64,000 nt of DNA, from contig OX442314.1 of the NCBI GenBank assembly GCA_949358305.1, positions 13,330,001-13,394,000 of the forward strand. The letters are read 5' to 3'. Numbering within the stretch: the stretch's first letter is position 1; each line of letters opens with the position of its first letter. The translations under genes and the position numbers were made by a program. Under the pieces are notes generated by a model. The model did not search any database. It was not told the DNA's origin and saw nothing but the letters and a program-made list of their open reading frames with translations. Below, piece after piece: positions 60,435-64,000 of this stretch. This DNA is from Strigamia acuminata. Lineage: Eukaryota.

Positions 60435-61628
60435 GTCTTATGGCTGCCAAAAGTATGACGATTGATGGTTATGATATGGTTTTTCAAACAAATCATCTTG
60501 GACGTTTTCTTTTTACAAATTTGTTATTGGATAGAATAATAACTTCTGCTTCATGGATAGTTAGTGTTGCATCGATAGTGTATCAATGTGAGTAATTTTG
60601 CGTGATTTTTGCAGACCACACAGCTTGCTTTAGGTGTTTTTGGGGTTTGTGTTTTTGTTTTGTCATGTTAAAAAATGCAAAAACACGTTAAGTACTTAAA
60701 ACACAAGTTTTTGAATGCAGCTACTGTAATAGTTTCGAAAACATCCAATGATATTTTTGTTGGTCGTATTGGAATGATTTGAATCTAATAAGGAAGGCGC
60801 TTTTACCACGTGAAAAGCTTACAATCAGAGTAAATTAGCTAATATTTTAGTCAATAAAAAGTTGGCTCAAAGATTAAACGGTAGAACTTAGAATCATTTC
60901 TTTGGTGAAAAATAAGAATAATAAAAATTATGAATTGTTGCGATTGTTTTAGGCAGTGTGTACGACATACACACTGCATCCTAAAGGTGGGTTCACACTT
61001 GGAAGTAAAGTAAGGTAAAGTAAAGTAAGCTCAGATAAAGTAGAAGTAAGGTAACGCAAGTCTGTTCACACTTGTTTTGAGTTGAAGTAAAAATGAACCA
61101 ATCACAATGGAATGCCAAGATCTCAATCCAGAACAAAATCCAAATTGTTGGATCACCAAAATGGCAGCCCTAAACTACAACCCGTATATTTTGAACTTTG
61201 AAAATAATGATGATGAATCAGATTTAGAGGACTTGTTTCTAAATTTTTAAACGCTGCATGCCGTCAGCACTCAGCAGTGGATTGGCTCGTAATAATTCAG
61301 ATTTTTTGCCACCAATATTAGGTTTTTTAGCATCTGCCTTGGATAGATTTTTGTTTAAAAATACAGCGCAAGGAACTTAAACGACAATCCACTGTGCAGT
61401 GTGCGAAAAAGCAGCAAATCAAACTGGGTTATATTACGAGTACATTTTAAATTCTGAATATTAAATATACTTAAGTTGTAATTGTATGTATTGTTTAGTG
61501 ATTTTAGGCCTAAGAAACCTAAAAGACATGCTAGGGATGCAGCAGCTGCCAAAATGTTGTGGGATGAGAGTGCACAAATAGTCAAATCGGAGAAATTAAG
61601 TGCAGAAACAGTTTGCAGTCACTTGTAA
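60435..61628 (+). pseudogene. RDH-like SDR pseudogene, copy 10 (exons 4-7 only)
   Basis: No upstream exons 1-3 are visible. Exons 4-5 have deletions, TGA replaces the Trp before KAY, and about 390 bp of foreign sequence starts near 60982 inside exon 6. Confidence 0.8.
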
Positions 61629-62284
61629 CTTCTAAGAATTTTTCAAACTGTTTGGCAAGCGATAAAAGATCGGTCTTAATATCAATGGTCAACACCATAA
61701 ATGGTGTTATAAATCGACCATTAGACATTGTTTTACATATTATTTATAAATAAAAATAAATATTATTCAAAAAAAATCGTTTTTTAAACATGGAGTTTTT
61801 ACATGTAAAATAAGTGAAAACAATCCTTGAATTTCTTTCACGGGACGGGAATTCAAAATTTTGTTTTGTCAAACAAGTGTACGTAATTTTATAGGCTTGC
61901 AAATGCCAAAAGCTAGAAGTCACTTACCGTAATGTATAGATCTCGGTATGGATACTGTCCATAGTCACGAAAAATTTAGTTCAAAGATTGATTTAACTTT
62001 ATTTTGCATTGCTTTTTGGGGCTACTAATACAAAATTAATTTGTTATTTACCTGCACATTTCTGTTTATGAAGTTTATGAAGTTTAACGGGCTGAATTTC
62101 TGGCACAGCACACAAATTTTACTGGGGTCGCCATCTTTAGTTAAGTCCAAAACTCACACGGCAGCCAAAACAAACAAAAGAAAATGGCAGGTTTTTGGTA
62201 TGCGTCATAATGACATCATACCTCATCTCATCAAAATCAAGAGAGGTCGCCGGAGAAATTCTTGAGTTATTAATCCTCAACCCC

Positions 62285-62530
62285 CAATATCAGCAGCCGC
62301 TTCGTTTGCTTTTTCCAAATTACGACAAGTCAATATTACTCTAGCTCCTACATTATATCAACAATCATCAACTTTTCGTAAACACCGTATTAATACCATT
62401 AGAATTCTTGGTGTATTTACTTCTTTTAATGAAATCTCGCGCTGCTACTCCAGTATTCGATCCGGTGATGGCAACAGTATTCCCCGTTAAAATGACCAAA
62501 CTAGTGCGTTTACAATCTAAACCCAAGACT
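62285..62530 (-). pseudogene. Fragment of a minus-strand SDR (exons 2-3)
   Basis: 62287-62350 closely resembles 63868-63931. 62430-62520 gives LTGNTVAITGSNTGVAARDFIKR, a degenerate Rossmann motif. Confidence 0.65.
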
Positions 62531-62909
62531 AAACTAATTCGACAAAATCATCTTAATAAATCCTGTTTATTTTTTAAAATCAATGTTAGAAGTGGTAGTT
62601 TTTGCTTTACTAGATCCTTGCAGACAATGTGAATAAAATCTATTTTGATAAATCTCAACTATTGCTGATAAAAGTAATGATAAAGCTCTTAGAGACACGC
62701 ATTTAAATGAAATCAATAAGAAATAAAAGATCTATTTATCAATACAGCTGTTGTAGGTGATTTAGATACATTTCAATTTCAATGTACCTAATAAATATTG
62801 CATGTTTGTTAAGTCAATAGTCACTTTTCAACGTTGTAGATCAAATTTTATGTTACAAAAATTATAGAATGTTGCTCCTAGACTGCAACAAATATTTCTG
62901 CACGTTTAA

Positions 62910-63931
62910 TTAATTGCTGCTTAAACCACACATTTTAACACTCATGTCCCATAGTCTTTTTGCTGCACCTTCATCCGAAGCAAGTGCAGACGGCGTGGCA
63001 ACTGCACAATCACTAAAATAATCATAATTATGCACTTGCTGTAATTATGCGGTTAAAATTTCTTTTCCTTCCGTACCTGTAATACAGCCCGGATTCATTT
63101 TGTACTTCCTCGGACACTGCGCAGTGGATGGTGGTTTGCGCTCCTTGCACCACGTTTTTGGCGATCACTGGAAGAAAAACTGTCGCAAAGGGTCGAATAA
63201 ACTTCGGTGAATTTCGAAAGAGACTCGAATTTACAAATCCAGGATGTAAACAGTATACGTTTACCCCCGTGCCTAAAAAATGAAAATAATTAACATTATC
63301 AATTTCAAAACAAAAAAAAAACTACTGAAAAGGTGCACACCTGTTAATTGACAAGCTAATTCTTTCGTGAAAAGAATATTACACACCTTACTTTGTGTGT
63401 ACGCTTTCCACGACCCATAATTTCCAGCTTTATCCAAATTTATGTCATCCCAGTCGATTTTAGCACCTGAGTTACGAGAACATAAAATTTAATGTAATTT
63501 AATTTAAATATATTTATATATACCACTATGAGCTCTAGAAGATACATTTACAATCCGGGCCGGTGCCGAAAGCTTTATTTTATCGAGTAATAAATGTGTG
63601 AGCAAAAAAGGCCCGAGATGATTGGTACCAAACGTTAAGTCCACGTCATCTTCCGTTCTTCCTTTTGGAACGATAAGCCCTGTACAAAAAATACAAAACT
63701 TTATATTTTATAAACAATTATTTCTCCTTTTTGAATTTCACCCGCGTTATTGACCAATATGTCAATTCTTTCTTCAGTTTGTGTTATTTCTTGAGCAAAT
63801 TCGTGAATAGATTTAAACGAAGCCAAATCCAAACGTCGAGTTACAACTTCGCCGGATCCGGCTGTTCTAATATCAGCAGCCGCTTCGTCAGCTTTTTCCA
63901 AATTACGACAAGCCAAGATTACTCTAGCGCC
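62910..63931 (-). CDS. RDH11/12/13-like SDR, minus strand, 3' part (5' exons lie beyond the window)
   Basis: [13 protein letters not shown]...[35 protein letters not shown]...LWDMS; stop at 62910-62912. Confidence 0.85.
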
Positions 63932-64000
63932 TGTAGCAAAGAAAATGGTGTTGTTTTAGTTATAATGCCAAATATGTCGTACAATCACAGATTATAATCT

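Overview
Eukaryotic, AT-rich, compact genomic DNA with mostly 50-70 nt GT-AG introns; it looks invertebrate or arthropod-like, but the species cannot be called from the sequence. Two interleaved tandem gene arrays dominate. (1) A minus-strand family of uncharacterised J-domain proteins has three long 4-exon members (about 1240-1400 aa): J-domain, optional TPR-like block, helical region, a conserved ADxLLK...RFWI...RLRELYK...GGV domain, a Gly/Ser/Asn linker and a small basic His-rich C-terminal tip that resembles a toxin or nuclease. It also has two short (about 427 aa) members that stop at the end of exon 2, plus fragments. (2) There are about 12 RDH11/12/13-like short-chain dehydrogenase genes and pseudogenes. 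The first three sit head-to-head with the long J-domain genes across a spacer holding a TCACGTGA E-box plus a kappaB-like motif. The window also has a very recent 6.9-kb LTR element (1160-bp LTRs, CACT target duplication, PBS, PPT) whose single intact 1430-aa ORF has no visible pol, a dead IR/DR Tc1 element, a MULE transposase remnant, several MITEs, minisatellites and many TA-flanked excision footprints. Exon boundaries were read by hand. Domain names are pattern recognition, not database hits.
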